Positions 62,305 through 64,000 of a DNA stretch of 64,000 nt are shown here, piece by piece (position 1 is the first letter of the stretch; the number at the start of each line of letters is the position of its first letter). Below the pieces are notes generated by a model that was not told where the DNA came from, did no database searches, and worked only from the letters and a program-made list of their open reading frames with translations. The DNA is from Octopus sinensis (lineage: Eukaryota): assembly GCF_006345805.1 (NCBI RefSeq), contig NC_043003.1, forward strand, positions 61,876,001 through 61,940,000, written 5' to 3'. The position numbers and the translations under genes were made by a program.

Positions 62305-63506
62305 GTAATTTTAATTTTATGATTTAAGAAAATACTATCTTTATGTTGTATATATTTTTCTTGTAATTCAATGTTGCTATGCAACATATAAAGCAGAAGT
62401 AATTCTCATGAGAATTTAGCTAGAACTTTAGGGTACACATTCATTTGTTGTTCTGTAGTTTGGTGTTGTAGTGAAAAGATATCTGTCTAGCTCAAGAAAT
62501 GATTATGCAGCATAGAGCTACCAATGAAAGAAACATGGACTTTTCAGTTCAACTACAGCTATCTTGAGGGTCTTGTTATAGATAAAAGGCAGTGATATTG
62601 GAAATAGAAGGAAGGGTCTTTAACTGAAACTGGATATCTAATGGAACGGTGAGAATGTGTGGAAAGAAAACCTCTTTTCATCTGGCACAATCAGTCACAA
62701 TAATGGCTTTCATCAGATGGTGCATAAGAATTTTGACAGCTAGTCTTATATTGTTACAGAGTTTTGGTGCAGTCAAGTTTAATAGCACATAATGGGTGCT
62801 CCTACTTTCAATTGAAGGTTGTGAGGAATGGCTAGAATAGGCTGAAGGGAACTGAGATATTCTCTTAGACAGTAGGCAGTATTGTTAATGTCAGCTTCAG
62901 TGTGAAGTAACTTGTACCATCTGGATTGGGCTGTTGACTGATGGTGCCACTAATATCTTGCACAATATTTTTGGCAACTAGACTGGCATGTTTAGAAAGC
63001 CACAAATAGTTTCTGTAGTTCCATGAGACTAGAATAAGCTCTCAGTATCATTTCAAGAAATGTGATTATAATTTACATATTTTTGTGTTTTTGACATCTC
63101 CAACACTTCTGTAGTTATGCCATAAATTTACTGAGTGAGTGAGTACTGTTAGATGAATGAAGGATACAAAGATCAATTAAGCATAACATACCAGAAAATT
63201 TACACATATTGGGCATCAAATGAGTAAATATCAGTTAGGAGAGAAAGATTAAGGTGAAAGACAATCGTAAACTGATGTACTTCATATTTAACATACCTCC
63301 TCAACTACTACTCCAATACAGCTATCAGTCTACATCTTTTTTTATTAACTCATCCTTATTTTATTCCAGTAGGATGTTGGATTCTTTTTGTTCATGTCTT
63401 ACTGTGGGTTGCATCTTGACCTCCGTGAGAAATCTTGTAAAGATTTGCTGCAAAATAGAGACTTTCTTTCAAGACAGACAGACAGACATTGACACTTATA
63501 TGTATA

Positions 63507-63727
63507 CACCAAGTGGGTGCTGAAAAGTTTCTGGCCTTAAGGGTATCGTGAAAGGCCTGGTTGGAAGCCCAACTTTCTGAGTTCTTTTACAGGGCTTAGA
63601 AAAACTGAAGGATTGCTGCAATAAGTGTGTGAATCTGAGAGGTAAATATGTTGAATAAAATCATTATTAACTGATCCTCCTGTATTGTCTTTTACCCAAA
63701 ACCCTGAACTTTTCAGCACCCTTTTCA
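63507..63727 (+). mobile_element. Mariner-derived MITE (~220 bp)
   Basis: TIRs gggtgctgaaaagtt / aacttttcagcaccc with TA flanks; the interior keeps the transposase C-terminus CNKCVNLRGKYVE*. Confidence 0.85.
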
Positions 63728-64000
63728 TATAGCATTATGCTATATAGTTATAATTATATAGCATAATGTATGTTTGATTCATATTTGTAAATTATATAGG
63801 AAGAATGAGTTATATATTTAAATTCATGCACATCCACAAACATACACACACTATTGCTCACTTTATTAATTTATTACATAAATGCAGAGAAATTTTTTTA
63901 ATTGGAAATTTTTTTTAAAAAGAAAAAAGTATTTTTTGATACATTACAAACTGAAAAAAAAAAACTAGAATAAATTGATTATTATTAAATTATATAAGTA

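Overview
AT-rich, repeat-dense eukaryotic genomic DNA. The SINE, RTE and microsatellite content is most consistent with a coleoid cephalopod such as Octopus; this is inference from family recall, not a database hit. There are no rRNA genes, true tRNA genes, CRISPR arrays or prokaryotic features. Most of the window is transposon-derived: two RTE LINEs (one nearly intact, 52.9-56.75 kb), many RTE 3'-end fragments, at least three tRNA-derived SINE families, several mariner/Tc1 lineages, TTAA (piggyBac-like) MITEs, and Penelope and R4/Dong-like fossils. Host genes appear only as short candidate exons that I cannot assign to named genes: a possible + strand last exon at 5.9 kb, a phase-consistent - strand chain at 7.8-32.8 kb, a TATA-driven + strand first exon at 37.1 kb, and scattered + strand exons at 50-62 kb. 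The most interesting observations are: (1) a gag/ORF1-only, zinc-knuckle retroelement with no pol gene at 41.9-44.3 kb; (2) a young 851-bp foldback transposon (about 300-bp TIRs, 8-bp TSD) inserted in it; (3) minimal hammerhead-ribozyme-like motifs with covarying stems in Penelope-type terminal repeats; (4) a 61-bp double-hairpin array in the RTE 3' UTR; (5) a CpG-retaining 37-45.7 kb domain between CpG-depleted flanks. None of these is proven novel; each needs the stated checks.
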